Positions 22,216 through 33,699 of a DNA stretch of 64,000 nucleotides are shown here, piece after piece (the stretch's first letter is position 1; every line of letters starts with the position of its first letter). Under the pieces are notes generated by a model. That model saw only the letters and a program-made list of their open reading frames with translations, did no database searches and was not told the DNA's origin. The position numbers and the translations under genes were made by a program. Source of the stretch: Nitrososphaeria archaeon (GTDB lineage: Archaea; Thermoproteota; Nitrososphaeria; JACIWG01); the NCBI GenBank assembly GCA_963752255.1, contig CAVVXT010000005.1:32001-96000 (forward strand). The letters run 5' to 3'.

Positions 22216-23193
22216 TCATTTGTTTGCCTTAATATCATTTAATAAGTGCTTCACAGCGAAGTTCATCTTTCTTTCAACGTGTATATTGATGTCCTCATGC
22301 GCCATACCCGGGTACATCGCCAGTTCATTTCCTTCTGAACCCAAATGGTGGAATGCTGCGAAAACCGTTGAAGGCGGACACACGATATCTATTAGACCTA
22401 CAGACATTAGGACAGGTACCTTAACTTTTGGTGCGAAGTTCATGGCGTCAAAGTAAGAGAGTGTTTCCATAACTTTTTCTTCATCTTCTGGATGTGTCTT
22501 TAGGTAATTTAGAATTTCGATGTACGGACCTGTTTCAGCAACGTATACAGCTCGATCAAAATGGCAGAGGTATGGCACACTCGGTAACGCAAGTGAGACA
22601 TTATCGTGTAACGCTGCCGTCACTACAGTCAGTCCTCCACCCTGACTCACCCCTGAGACAGCGATCCTCTTCGTGTCAACATCCTCCCTTTTAGTGACAT
22701 AGTCGGAGGCTCTGTAGCAGTCCATGAAGACATACCTATAATAGTATTTGTTTTTGTCTTGGATTCCCTTTGTCATGTTACCGGTAATATTCCCTACGTC
22801 ATACATTGCGTGGTCCGGGGCTTCACCACCCTGTCCCCTAACATCTACCGTCAAAAAAGAGAAACCAAGGGTAATCCACCCTAAATAATCAGAAACCGTT
22901 CCTTTGCTGCCACTGTATCCGTGAATAAAAACCATCGCAGGCTTGGGTTCATTATCGTCTGCGGACTTTATGAAGTAACCAGTAATTGGAGTCCTATCTA
23001 TAAAACCATCAAATATCAACTTGAAGACCACCACTTTCTTTGAGAAGAAATCTACTTTCTTTATTTTAGCATTTAGGGGCTGATCTTTCGCCCTCCCTAT
23101 ATTATCCCTCCAGAACCTTTCAAAGTCCTTTGTTTTTGTTAGCTTTGGCTTGTAAACCTTAAGTTCATTTAACGGAAGATCAACTAATGGCAT
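22216..23193 (-). CDS. Acetyl xylan esterase / cephalosporin deacetylase (CE7)
   Basis: HGYSG, DVRGQGG, GVSQGG, SYFDAMNFA, D.VCPPST, H; start refined to MPLVDLPL. Confidence 0.92.
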   Translation of the reverse strand: MPLVDLPLNELKVYKPKLTKTKDFERFWRDNIGRAKDQPLNAKIKKVDFFSKKVVVFKLIFDGFIDRTPITGYFIKSADDNEPKPAMVFIHGYSGSKGTVSDYLGWITLGFSFLTVDVRGQGGEAPDHAMYDVGNITGNMTKGIQDKNKYYYRYVFMDCYRASDYVTKREDVDTKRIAVSGVSQGGGLTVVTAALHDNVSLALPSVPYLCHFDRAVYVAETGPYIEILNYLKTHPEDEEKVMETLSYFDAMNFAPKVKVPVLMSVGLIDIVCPPSTVFAAFHHLGSEGNELAMYPGMAHEDINIHVERKMNFAVKHLLNDIKANK

Positions 23194-23508
23194 GAATTTT
23201 TCAGACGAGATTAAGTAGATAAGCTTTTTCATCTAACCATAACTCCATAAAAAAGATTGTTTATAACAAAAAATAAGTTAACATATGGAGGAAGTTATCT
23301 AAATGGAAATTTGACGAAATACTTTACGTTTTCCTTTTCATTCGTAATTAGTAGTTTATTTTCTAATGTAGATTTTTTAGTGTTATTATTGATTTTATAC
23401 CGCTATTAAACCAGGTACGATTTGAGTCTTTCTTCATTTATGTTAAGGCCTAACCCAGCTCTGTTGTAGACGTCTACATACCCTTTGGAGAACTTCTCGA
23501 TTTGTGTA

Positions 23509-24555
23509 TCACAAATATCTTTCAGCTAGCGGGTTGGGGCTTTCCTTTATATCGTAAATCTCGTAGGTTGCGAATGTTTCTTTTGGCAACGATGCGGAGA
23601 GATGAATGCTTGCAGCCCTGCACCCTACACCGGACAAGCCGATATGAGGGGTGTACTGAACATTGAAGGTTCTGGCCAAGTTAGCTATCTTAACACATTC
23701 TGTAATTCCTCCCGCTCGGGCTATGTCTGGCTGTATTATGTCCAGGGCTTCGCCGACGATCAGATCCCTAAAGTCATATCTAAGATAATGAGACTCTCCT
23801 CCACAAATTGGAATATCAAGTTTTCTCTTCAGCTGTCTGTACCCTTCTATATCGTATGGCGGCATCGGTTCCTCGAACCATGAGATGTCAAGACTTTTAA
23901 GAATCTTGCCAAGCTTCAATGCCTTACTATAGTTATAGGCTGAATTTGCATCCACCATTATTTCGATATCGTTCCCAACCTCCTTTCTAATCGCTTTCAG
24001 GTTTTCTCTATCTCTTTCAACGCCCATACCAACTTTGACTTTTATCTGATCGTGCCCTTCATCCGCCCACTCTTTAGCCCTTTTAGCCATCGTTTCAGGC
24101 TTTCCGAAGACTATTGATGACGCATACGCCTTTAGCCTGTCTTGGAACTTTCCTCCTAAAAGGCTATAGACAGGCTGCTTGAGTATCTTCCCTTTTAGAT
24201 CCCACAGCGCTATATCGATGCCTGACAGAGCTTCCACGAAATAGCCCTTAAGATGCCCCCTTGTTTTAAGGGTGGAGAACATTTCCTCCCATATGACCTC
24301 AATATCCATAGGGTCTTTACCAACGACGATTCCTTTGAGCAGTTTATCAATTATCTGTGCTGTGGCCTGGGGTACTTCTCTGACGAGACTTTCACCGAAA
24401 CCTGTTTCCCCTTCGTCTGAACTTACCTTTACGAAGCATGATGCGTATCCTTTCCTAACCTTTTTCGCTAGGTCGTCTTCGTATGGCAGGTATCCGCTGA
24501 TCGCTGTCTTTGCTTCAGCATACACCGGATATGATTGTACATCAACTATCTTCAT
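23509..24555 (-). CDS. Mandelate racemase/muconate lactonising enzyme family dehydratase (C-terminus possibly frameshifted)
   Basis: GIDIALWDLKGK, KVKVG, MVDAN, WFEEP, GGE, QPD, PH. Confidence 0.92.
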   Translation of the reverse strand: MKIVDVQSYPVYAEAKTAISGYLPYEDDLAKKVRKGYASCFVKVSSDEGETGFGESLVREVPQATAQIIDKLLKGIVVGKDPMDIEVIWEEMFSTLKTRGHLKGYFVEALSGIDIALWDLKGKILKQPVYSLLGGKFQDRLKAYASSIVFGKPETMAKRAKEWADEGHDQIKVKVGMGVERDRENLKAIRKEVGNDIEIMVDANSAYNYSKALKLGKILKSLDISWFEEPMPPYDIEGYRQLKRKLDIPICGGESHYLRYDFRDLIVGEALDIIQPDIARAGGITECVKIANLARTFNVQYTPHIGLSGVGCRAASIHLSASLPKETFATYEIYDIKESPNPLAERYL

Positions 24556-24647
24556 ATCTCGCTAACTCAGTCTGCTGTTAAACGACGAATTCTTTAATCT
24601 TTCTTAAGCGACTTATAAGCCGCCGAAATAAAGAGATTCTTGGTTGT

Positions 24648-25556
24648 TTATATTTTGTTTGCCGAACCTTCGATATGATACACATCACATATTATTTCCC
24701 TAATCTTCTCTGAAACCTGACTTCTAGCATTCTCAATATTGTCAGGATGAGTTTTTATAGCCCTCTCGTAGGCCTGCCTAATATCTGTGCCGATATTTAT
24801 TTTGGTTATACCATTTTTTATAGCCTCAAGGACGTATTCGGTTTTTATTCCAGACCCCCCATGCAGCACTAGAGGGATCTTAGTCTTCTGGCTTAACTTT
24901 TTTAGGTGGTCGATGTTCAATCTTGCCTGAACTTTATCCTTGTCCTTTGCTGCCCCGCTTATGGCCCCATGAATGTTGCCGATTGCCACCGACAGCCAGT
25001 CTATCTTTGTTTCATTCACGAATTGAACTGCCTCGTCTATGCTAGTAAATCCTATTCCCTTTGCGTAAATTTCGTCGTAGGACATCGAAAGCTGTTTTTC
25101 ATGCCCCATTACGGCACCAAGTTCAGCCTCAGCCGGCTTTTTCGCGTCATGTGCCATAACAGCTACCTGTCTGGCAACATCAAGATTCTCGTTAAATGAC
25201 AGACGTGAACCGTCTATCATTACAGAATCGTACCCTGCATCTATTCCTTTCTGAATCAGACTCTTCCAGTCAACTGCTGCTCCATCTTCATCTATTACTG
25301 GGATGTGGTCTTGGTGCAATCTAGTAAATTTTGGATTTTTATAGACATCATATTCTTTCGCCACCGCTTCAAAGCTTTTAGCCTGAAATTTTTCAACTTC
25401 AAGTCTTGCTACTTCAACTAGACCGAAGGTCTGGTGCTTAACTAGGGTTTCAACTATTGGCTTAACCATTGGAAGATAGGCTACATTAAACGCCGGAACG
25501 AGTATTTTCTTGTAGTAGGCTCTTTTCATTATTTCGGAAACGTTAAGAGATTCCAT
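24648..25556 (-). CDS. Class II fructose/tagatose-bisphosphate aldolase family
   Basis: LHQDH, SVMIDGS, EAELG, AIGNIHG, LVLHGGSG, KINIGT. Confidence 0.92.
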   Translation of the reverse strand: MESLNVSEIMKRAYYKKILVPAFNVAYLPMVKPIVETLVKHQTFGLVEVARLEVEKFQAKSFEAVAKEYDVYKNPKFTRLHQDHIPVIDEDGAAVDWKSLIQKGIDAGYDSVMIDGSRLSFNENLDVARQVAVMAHDAKKPAEAELGAVMGHEKQLSMSYDEIYAKGIGFTSIDEAVQFVNETKIDWLSVAIGNIHGAISGAAKDKDKVQARLNIDHLKKLSQKTKIPLVLHGGSGIKTEYVLEAIKNGITKINIGTDIRQAYERAIKTHPDNIENARSQVSEKIREIICDVYHIEGSANKI

Positions 25557-25644
25557 AATATATTCATTATATATCCGCGCAGCTAGGATATTAGTTTAAC
25601 TCAAAAATGATAACCAATCTCTTGAATCATACAGATATGATAGC

Positions 25645-26823
25645 TTATTTTTCCAATTCTTTTATTGCTCTTTCAATTCTCGTCAAAGCCTTTGTAAGGA
25701 TTGATCTTGGGCACGCGATATTCATTCTTTGGAAACCTTCTCCTCCAGGGCCGAATATTTGCCCATCATCTAAACCAACCTTCGCATTCCTAATCATAAA
25801 ATCATTCAGTGCTTTCGGATTCATCTTCAAATTTTTGCAATCGAGCCACATAAGATAAGTTCCTTCCAGTTTGACGGGCCTTATTTCTGGAACCCTTTCC
25901 TTAAGATATTCTGTTAGATAATCAACGTTCCCTTGTATGTATTCTAGCATTTGTTCAAGCCACTCTTCGCCATACATATATGCTGCTTCAGATGCAACCA
26001 CTCCGAACACATTAGCAAATTCTAGGCCAACGTTCTCCACGGCGATTTTAAACTGTGAGAGAAGTTTTGGATTCGATGCTATTACAGTCGAATTAGCTAG
26101 CCCCGCCAGATTAAAAGTCTTGCTTGGAGCCTCAAAGGTTAGAGTGATATCAGCTATATCGCTAGAGGTACTCGCTGTTGGAATATGTTTGTAGCCCTTT
26201 AAAATAAGATCGGAGTGTATCTCATCAGAAAGAATTATAACGTCGTTCTCGAGACAAAGTTTACCAAGTTTAGATAGTTCTTCACGTGTCCACACTCTAC
26301 CAACCGGATTATGGGGGCTACATAAAATAAGCATCTTCACCCTCTCATCGAACCTACCTTTAAGATCGCCAAAGTCCATCTCATATTTCCCATTTTCGTA
26401 CTTAAGTTCATTTATGACAATTTGACGACCATTGTTCCTTATGGCCTTAAAGAATGGGTGGTACACCGGAGGTTGTATAATGATTTTATCACCTGGATGA
26501 GTAAATGCTCGGATAGCTAGGTTGACAGAAGGTACAACACCAGGTGAATACTCAATCCATTCAGGTTTAATTTTCCACTGATGCCTTTTCTCCATCCAGC
26601 CTACGATGCTTTTATAGAATGAGGGAGATCTTATCGTATAGCCGTAGATTCCGTGTTCGGCACGCTTCTTTAACGCGTCGATGACAGGCGCAGGTGAAAG
26701 AAAGTCCATGTCAGCGACCCACATCGGTATGATATCTTTTGTACCAAACCTCAACTCTAAGCAGTCCCATTTATAGGAATCCGTCCCCTCTCTCGTAATG
26801 TAACGGCTAAAGTCGTATTTCAT
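25645..26823 (-). CDS. MalY/PatB PLP-dependent C-S lyase
   Basis: KWD, PMWVADMDF, LCSPHNPVGRVW, SDEIH, PSKTFNLAGL, RMNIAC; start refined to MKYDF. Confidence 0.93.
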   Translation of the reverse strand: MKYDFSRYITREGTDSYKWDCLELRFGTKDIIPMWVADMDFLSPAPVIDALKKRAEHGIYGYTIRSPSFYKSIVGWMEKRHQWKIKPEWIEYSPGVVPSVNLAIRAFTHPGDKIIIQPPVYHPFFKAIRNNGRQIVINELKYENGKYEMDFGDLKGRFDERVKMLILCSPHNPVGRVWTREELSKLGKLCLENDVIILSDEIHSDLILKGYKHIPTASTSSDIADITLTFEAPSKTFNLAGLANSTVIASNPKLLSQFKIAVENVGLEFANVFGVVASEAAYMYGEEWLEQMLEYIQGNVDYLTEYLKERVPEIRPVKLEGTYLMWLDCKNLKMNPKALNDFMIRNAKVGLDDGQIFGPGGEGFQRMNIACPRSILTKALTRIERAIKELEK

Positions 26824-26995
26824 ATAGGGAATTGCCTTTTGCTTCCAATAATTAAAGTTTTTATTCTCATAGACGTTTTTCACAGCTTCGATTAAATAAT
26901 TTAATATTATACCATTATTAAACGATTTAAAGCTGCAATAGATTAAAAAAAACGTACTTAAAGAAATCATTATAAATTATGGAGTATTATAATAA

Positions 26996-27505
26996 TTGGT
27001 TAATATGACAGCTCTAAAAGTTGAGAAAAGGAAGCCTCTTCCACGCAGTTTTCTGAAAGCGGGTGTTAAAGCACCAGACTTCAGTCTAAAGAGCACTTCC
27101 GACAAAAACGTTAGCCTGAAAGATTACCGTGGCCACACGTTGATTCTGCTCTTCTATCCGGCCGATTTTAGCCCGGTATGCAGTGATGAACTGCCACTCT
27201 ATAGCGAGCTCATACCCGAATTTCGTCGATTTAATGCGGAGGTGGCGGCGATATCTGTTGATAATACATGGAGCCATCTCGCCTTTGCACGAGATAGAAA
27301 CCTATCCTTCCCTCTGCTTTCCGACTTTGAGCCAAAAGGTAAGGTATCCAGAGAATACGGTGTATACCAGAAAGAAAGTGGCCACAGCGGACGAGCAATA
27401 TTTGTGATCGACAGCGAGGGGATCATAAGGTGGAGTTATGTAGTGCCAAATAACGTCAATCCGGGTGCTGACGGCGTGTTGAAGGCTCTAGAGGAAATGG
27501 AATAG
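26996..27505 (+). CDS. Peroxiredoxin (AhpE-like AhpC/TSA)
   Basis: APDFSL, FYPADFSPVC, LLSDFEPKG. Confidence 0.9.
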   Translation: MVNMTALKVEKRKPLPRSFLKAGVKAPDFSLKSTSDKNVSLKDYRGHTLILLFYPADFSPVCSDELPLYSELIPEFRRFNAEVAAISVDNTWSHLAFARDRNLSFPLLSDFEPKGKVSREYGVYQKESGHSGRAIFVIDSEGIIRWSYVVPNNVNPGADGVLKALEEME

Positions 27506-27527
27506 GTTAGAAGGTAGGTTCTGACTT

Positions 27528-28079
27528 ATGGAAGTAAAAATAACCAGGCTTACAATACCTGTCGGAGAACGTGACCATGTAAATGGACCACTGAACGCTC
27601 CTGTAACACTGGTGGAATATGGTGACTTCGAATGCCCGCACTGTGGGAGGGCTTACCCCATAGTTAAGCAGTTGCAGGAGCATCTGGACGGGAAACTGAG
27701 GTTCGTATTTCGTCACTCACCGATCTCAACCGTACATTCCCACGCTAAGAAAGCGGCTGAAGCAGCTGAAGCGGCCGGCTCTCAGGGAAAATTTTGGGAA
27801 ATGCATGATCAGCTCTTTGAACACCAAGATGCGCTTGATGATGAAAACCTGAGACGATATGCTATAGCTGTAGGCCTTAACATCAAAAGATTCGATCAGG
27901 AGATGTATTATCATCTTTACGAGCCAAAAGTGCATGAAGATTTCATCAATGGCGTGAAGAGTGGTGTGAACGGCACTCCTACGTTCTTCATAAACGGGCT
28001 AAGGTATAATGGCCCTCCATCCTTTGAAGCTCTTCTGGAAGCAATAATGAAAGAAATTAACACAGAAGAGAAAAAATAA
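27528..28079 (+). CDS. DsbA-family thioredoxin-fold protein
   Basis: EYGDFECPHC, GKFWEMHD, GVNGTPTFFING. Confidence 0.92.
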   Translation: MEVKITRLTIPVGERDHVNGPLNAPVTLVEYGDFECPHCGRAYPIVKQLQEHLDGKLRFVFRHSPISTVHSHAKKAAEAAEAAGSQGKFWEMHDQLFEHQDALDDENLRRYAIAVGLNIKRFDQEMYYHLYEPKVHEDFINGVKSGVNGTPTFFINGLRYNGPPSFEALLEAIMKEINTEEKK

Positions 28080-28091
28080 TGCTTAGATGTT

Positions 28092-28334
28092 CTAATCGAC
28101 TTTTTCGACCGTTATCGCTTGTACCGGACAGACGTCAGCTCCTTCCTTGGTGCACTGGTAGAGTTCGTCGGGTATGATTCCTGTCGATAGATCGTCGGTT
28201 GTTTCCTTAGAGTACTGTTCTATAACCCTATTTTTACCGTTATCGTCCGCTAGGTAGAAGAGTTGGGGACACGCTGTTGTAGCTGCCCCACAGGCGATAC
28301 ATAGATTTCTATCTATAGTTATCTTATATGGCAT
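28092..28334 (-). CDS. Monocluster ferredoxin
   Basis: MPYKITIDRNLCIACGA...CP...CPVQAI; start refined from longer ORF. Confidence 0.85.
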   Translation of the reverse strand: MPYKITIDRNLCIACGAATTACPQLFYLADDNGKNRVIEQYSKETTDDLSTGIIPDELYQCTKEGADVCPVQAITVEKVD

Positions 28335-28854
28335 AAATAAAAAGAAAGCATCCTCGTTAATATATTTTATCTTGTTAATCGGCTCACTATGCGACTTGTT
28401 TTCTAACATAACCCTTCTCGGCGACATCTGTAAACTGGTTAGGATGTAGGTTACGAAGAATGCTGCTGTTTTTACCATACACCTGAGTGATAAAATCGAG
28501 CAGGATATTCCATTCAGCTATTTCATCATAGAGACCTGAACTTATTCAATAGATTGGGATAGGTTTCTAAGGAAAGGTGAACATCTTTAAGCCTAACAGA
28601 TGCTAAGGCAAAAAAAGACCTAAGTTTGCATTAGGTAAAGCCCTTCTGACTTGTAATCCTCTGAATTCCTTTATAGATACACTGTACATAATTTTGAACA
28701 AATAGGAGGATACTAAAAGAAATGTCCGAAAAGTAAAGGTAGTTGAGGTTGCATTATTGTTAGTGGCTCTGTTACCATGCCAACTGATGGTGAACCAATC
28801 GTATTGGTTTAGTTGATGAAAACATATATAACAGAAACTTAGAAGACGATTACA

Positions 28855-30075
28855 TTGAAGCAACGTAGAATACTGGCTATGTTAAGCATTTTTGGACCAG
28901 CCATTTTGGTTTCAGTTGAACTGTTCAATCCAGCTAGTATTGTTGCCGCTACAGCTGCTGGCGCTTCAGTTGGTCTCGTAGTGTTATGGGCTGCCTTCTA
29001 TTCAGGCATTATGCTCATAGTAATACAGGAAATAAGTGCGAGACTAGGAGTTGTCACGGGAAAGACTTTAGCAGAGAATATTCGCGAGAGATATGGTGCT
29101 AACTTCTCCCACATACTTTTTATTCCCTCTATATTTTTAGACATGTCAACTTTGACTGCCGAGGTTATGGGTTTAAGTTTGGCAATTTCTTTTTTCTTTA
29201 AAGCACCATATTCGATAGCGATGATCGTTTCTGTTCTATTAACCACAATATTATTTAATATAGGCTCCTACAGCAAGTTAGAAAAAATAATAATGTTCCT
29301 TGTAACAACCATTTTCCTTATCTACTTCTATTTTCTTTTGTACGTTAACCTACCTTTATCGAACATTGTCATCGATTCTATAATACCTTCTTTCAAAAGT
29401 AACTCATTCTATTATGCCGAAGCCATAATTGGTGCGTCAATCATGCCAACCTACGTTATATTACACAGTGGGTTGGTTTATGAAAAAGGATGGGTTCATC
29501 ACCACCAGCTCCCATTGGAGAGCTTGGAGGAGGATAGAAAAAATATTAGAAGCGAAAGAGTGGATTCCGTTTTTGGTTTACTGATGGGTACAGTTTTGAA
29601 TATTGTGATAATAGCGTGCGCAACAGCGTTTTTAAGCGGAAGTGGAGTAAACAATTTTTCAGATTTAGCTCAACCATTTGGCGACAAACTTGGAAGCTTT
29701 GGCCTAACTCTATTTACCATAGCATTTGCTTCTGCAGGTGTCTCAGCAATTATAACAGTTGGTTTAGCTAGTGTCTACAATACTTTCGGATTTTTGGGCT
29801 TTCAAGAACGTATGACCAAAAAGAAGTTTAAAATGACATACGTAATTTGGGTTATAATTGCAGGTATCGCATCCCTTCTACCCAACAAAATAGAGTTCAT
29901 CGTGTTAACCCAATATCTTAACGGCGCCATGCTGCCATTTGTGCTGATACCTCTGGTACTTATCACTAGGAATGAGAAGGTCATGGGTAAGAACAAAATT
30001 GGCGTATTGATAAGTGCTTTTGCTTTGGCTACGGTCTCGATCACAACCCTTCTTTTTTTGATGACAATCATCTAG
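28855..30075 (+). CDS. NRAMP-family divalent metal transporter
   Basis: GPAIL, NPAS (DPGN-like), QEISARLGVVTG, GASIMP. Confidence 0.88.
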   Translation: MKQRRILAMLSIFGPAILVSVELFNPASIVAATAAGASVGLVVLWAAFYSGIMLIVIQEISARLGVVTGKTLAENIRERYGANFSHILFIPSIFLDMSTLTAEVMGLSLAISFFFKAPYSIAMIVSVLLTTILFNIGSYSKLEKIIMFLVTTIFLIYFYFLLYVNLPLSNIVIDSIIPSFKSNSFYYAEAIIGASIMPTYVILHSGLVYEKGWVHHHQLPLESLEEDRKNIRSERVDSVFGLLMGTVLNIVIIACATAFLSGSGVNNFSDLAQPFGDKLGSFGLTLFTIAFASAGVSAIITVGLASVYNTFGFLGFQERMTKKKFKMTYVIWVIIAGIASLLPNKIEFIVLTQYLNGAMLPFVLIPLVLITRNEKVMGKNKIGVLISAFALATVSITTLLFLMTII

Positions 30076-30296
30076 GACAATTATATTTGTATATGAATCT
30101 GAATAGATGCCCTCCAACTTATACGCTGACCCATAAATCAGTTTTACCGTATTGACAATAATCTTTGCAGGGACTTACAAAGAAGAAAGATCATAGTCCT
30201 CAACATCAGTCTTATAGGATTGTTTGAAAAAGAAATTTAAACTTGGCTCTTAGATATCCTAACATATAAGATTAAACTAAATATAGCGGTGAGAAG

Positions 30297-31286
30297 TTGG
30301 GAGACAAACATTTCACTTACGTTACGAACAACCTTGAAGAAGTTTGTTTCAAACTTCGATTTTTGTTAGAAAATGCTGTGAGGAAGGATTTGGCCGAAGG
30401 AATTCTTCTATCCGGAGGGTTGGACACGAGTATTCTTGCAGTCATAGCATCAAAGTTCATTCCTTTGAAAGCTGTTACCGTTGCTTTTCAAAATGCACCA
30501 GCACCAGATGTTAAATACGCAACCTTAATAGCTAATAAATTAGGACTTAAACATAACATTCATACCTTTAGCGTAGAAGAATTATATGATACCATTCCAA
30601 TTGTTGTAAAGTCGTTAAGGTCTTTCGATCCGATGGAAATACGCAACAGCATAACAATCTATGTCGGCTTGAGGGTGGCAAAAGAGTATGGAGTATCCAC
30701 GGTTATGACAGGAGATGGATGTGATGAGCTCTTAGCTGGATACAGCTTTCTTTTCAGTCTGGAGAAAGAGCAACTTGATTTAGAATTGGAAAAATTGTGG
30801 AGTGTGATGGCTTTTTCATCCATCCCGCTTGCAAAAGTTCTTGGGATGGAGGCGAAGCTTCCCTATCTCGATCCCGACTTCAAAAATTTTGCCATAAAAA
30901 TAGATTCACGATATAAGATTGGAGTAAAGAATGGGCAGGTTTATGGCAAGTGGATTTTGCGTAAAGCATTCGAAGGGTCCTTGCCAAAAAAAATCGCGTG
31001 GAGAATCAAAACTCCAATAGAGTACGGTTCTGGAACAACCATGCTTACAAACTTCTTCAATCAGAAAATTACTGATTTAGAGTTTGAGAGTAAGAGAAAG
31101 AAGTATCTTACCGAGGATAGGGTAACGATCCGTGATAAGGAGCAACTTTTCTACTATGAGGCCTATAAGTTAGTAGTAGGTATACCGCACACAACCAGTA
31201 TAGAAGGAAAGATATGCCCCCAATGCCACTCTAATATTCCTGAAAAAGCCACCTACTGCCGGACATGTGGAGCATACCCCATATAG
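30297..31286 (+). CDS. Asparagine synthase C-terminal domain protein with zinc ribbon
   Basis: LLSGGLDTS, TGDGCDEL..GY, PYLD, KWILRKAF, C-terminal CxxC..CxxC. Confidence 0.85.
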   Translation: MGDKHFTYVTNNLEEVCFKLRFLLENAVRKDLAEGILLSGGLDTSILAVIASKFIPLKAVTVAFQNAPAPDVKYATLIANKLGLKHNIHTFSVEELYDTIPIVVKSLRSFDPMEIRNSITIYVGLRVAKEYGVSTVMTGDGCDELLAGYSFLFSLEKEQLDLELEKLWSVMAFSSIPLAKVLGMEAKLPYLDPDFKNFAIKIDSRYKIGVKNGQVYGKWILRKAFEGSLPKKIAWRIKTPIEYGSGTTMLTNFFNQKITDLEFESKRKKYLTEDRVTIRDKEQLFYYEAYKLVVGIPHTTSIEGKICPQCHSNIPEKATYCRTCGAYPI

Positions 31287-32125
31287 CGAAAGTTGTTCGA
31301 CCTTCTCCCGCCCAATATAATCTTACAACTCTTTATGATTATATTAGTATCTAAAAAATGCTTTAAGCGAAAGAATTCTTCCGTTCTTATAGTGTCAATA
31401 ACGCCTTTGGCATTAGGCCATCACTTTTCAGACGGACTATATGATACTATATCTAATCGTTTTGTTAACTATATCTTTTTATTATATACTTATTTATGCT
31501 CTAAAACACATGAAACGATTTTTAAAGCCTTCTAAAATACTCTATAGGATATTTACTTATCACGGTTAAAACAGCATTCTATCAAGGCACCTTATTCGAT
31601 TAAAAAAGGGTGGTTTTCTAATTGGAATTTCTTTAATTCATATAGGAAAATAGCAGACATGAAGGAAGTTATTAGAAGGGTTTCTATTAGACTAGGATCC
31701 ATTAAATTAATTTTATTGACTATTAAGTTATTTAGAAATAGACTATAAGATAGAGAAACTAATGTGGAAGTTCCGCCATACTAATCAATTATTATTACAA
31801 ATCTATATCATAAAAACCTATCCAAACGTCCATTTTCTTATCATTTCAAGCCAAAAACAGGGCATTTCCTAGACCATTTCAGACAGTAGAACTTCGTAGG
31901 TTGCCGAGAGTTTCCAGGTGTTATATCTACTAAATTAGTGTCTAAATTGAGTGTAAACCCGCTATTAGCTGCAATAACTAAAGCAACTTCTGCTATCCTA
32001 AGCTCGCTTAGTATTTCAAAAAAGAAGAAATCATAAAATATCAAATGAAGTATCTTTTAGTGATTTGGTTAAAGAAAATAGGCGTAGATGTATAATTACG
32101 TAAACGTATAATTGCATTTATATTT

Positions 32126-33430
32126 ATGTTTAAGTTTACATTAAGTATGAACATAGAGAAACTTACGTGTTTTATTCCTGTTGGCGGTCAGGCTAAAAGA
32201 TTAATGCCTCTGACACATGACGTATCGAAGCCTTGTGTCAGGTTCTTGAATAGGCCGTTAATTGAATTCTCGATAGCAACGTTAGCTGAGCAGGGTGTGA
32301 AGGGCTTTATTTTCGGGGAGTATGGTTATACCAACTATTCGAACCTTTTCGATCAATATGGGGAAGGAGTAGGGTTCTCAGCAAAGTATAAGATTGAGCC
32401 GAGGATACACATCAGACACCAACCAAACCTAGACGACTTGGGAAGCGCCGATTCTTTTAGGCTGAACATGGGATATTATAATATTCGCAATCCAGTTATT
32501 GTTGTACAGGGGGATAATCTTTTCAACATCAATCTAAATGACTTGATTAAAAATCATGAAGAAAGGAAGGCATTAATGACCATTGCCTTAACAAAGGTGG
32601 GAAAAACTGAAGAATATGGTATAGCTGATGTAGACAAAGATCTGAAGATTAAGAGTTTTATCGAAAAACCTCAAGCAGGAAGAGCACCAGGCAACCTTGC
32701 AAACGCAGGCATCTACCTACTTTCACCAGAGATCAGAAAGATAGTTGAAGGTGAAGAAGTAAAAAAGATTAGGGATGAGAGAGGAAGGCTCGATTTCGGT
32801 TTTGATTTGATTCCTTACATGATTGATAAAGGTTTTCCAGTCTACGGATATGAACTGAAAGTATGGTACGATGTGGGGAGCCCAGAAAAATATCTAGAAG
32901 CTATGCATGACATCCTCTATGGAAAGCTGAACATTAGAGTCTCAGAAGAAAAGATACTACCTAAAAGAAACGTCTGGGTACAGGGATACAGCGAAGAATC
33001 CGTTGGAAGACGAAACGAAATAATTAGAAAATATAATGAAAACAAATTGTCAATAGAAGGCGCTGCCCTAATAGGCAGACACACTGAAATAGGTAATTAT
33101 TCTAGAATTTCTGATTCAAATATTGACAATTTCTGTACACTCGGTGAACATGTGGATGTAGAGAGATCGGCGATCTTGGACGCTGTGAGGATTGGAGATT
33201 ATGCACGTGTATCAGACAGCATTGTAGGCAGGAAGGTAATTATAGAATCAACCAGTGAAAACCCAACATATATAGAATCAAATTCAGTGATAGGCAACAC
33301 TGTCCGAATTAGGAAGGGCTGTAAACTTATAGGAACCAAAGTGAACCCTGGTTTAATAATTCCACCCAAGATGACATACGTCAATAATTTCCTGCAGGAC
33401 TACCAAGACGTCGCTAAATTAGCGTCTTAA
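32126..33430 (+). CDS. NDP-sugar pyrophosphorylase (nucleotidyltransferase + left-handed beta-helix)
   Basis: PVGGQAKRLMPLT..SKP, GDN, YGIA, FIEKP, NAGIY, WYDVG, hexapeptide tail. Confidence 0.9.
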   Translation: MFKFTLSMNIEKLTCFIPVGGQAKRLMPLTHDVSKPCVRFLNRPLIEFSIATLAEQGVKGFIFGEYGYTNYSNLFDQYGEGVGFSAKYKIEPRIHIRHQPNLDDLGSADSFRLNMGYYNIRNPVIVVQGDNLFNINLNDLIKNHEERKALMTIALTKVGKTEEYGIADVDKDLKIKSFIEKPQAGRAPGNLANAGIYLLSPEIRKIVEGEEVKKIRDERGRLDFGFDLIPYMIDKGFPVYGYELKVWYDVGSPEKYLEAMHDILYGKLNIRVSEEKILPKRNVWVQGYSEESVGRRNEIIRKYNENKLSIEGAALIGRHTEIGNYSRISDSNIDNFCTLGEHVDVERSAILDAVRIGDYARVSDSIVGRKVIIESTSENPTYIESNSVIGNTVRIRKGCKLIGTKVNPGLIIPPKMTYVNNFLQDYQDVAKLAS

Positions 33431-33699
33431 ACTGGAGGTTTACTGTGAATAACCGAGGAATATATCCCATTTATCGGACCTGAATGACGGTTATTTGTTA
33501 GTCGGTCTGTGACAGCTTCTATTCTATACGGTCGGACTGGAACCTTTTTGGTTAGGTATTATTGGAATTGTTCTATCTGCTAACCGTCATATCTAGTAAA
33601 ATTAAGAGGACTCCGTCAAAACCCTTTTATGTAGCGAATTGAAGAATTTAAATCTAAAATAAGATATAATTGGGGCTTTTAAAATTTTGTGCTATAAGA

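Noticed and set aside
31293-32044. Short ORFs in AT-rich intergenic region
   Set aside because: No motif support; probably non-coding or heavily decayed
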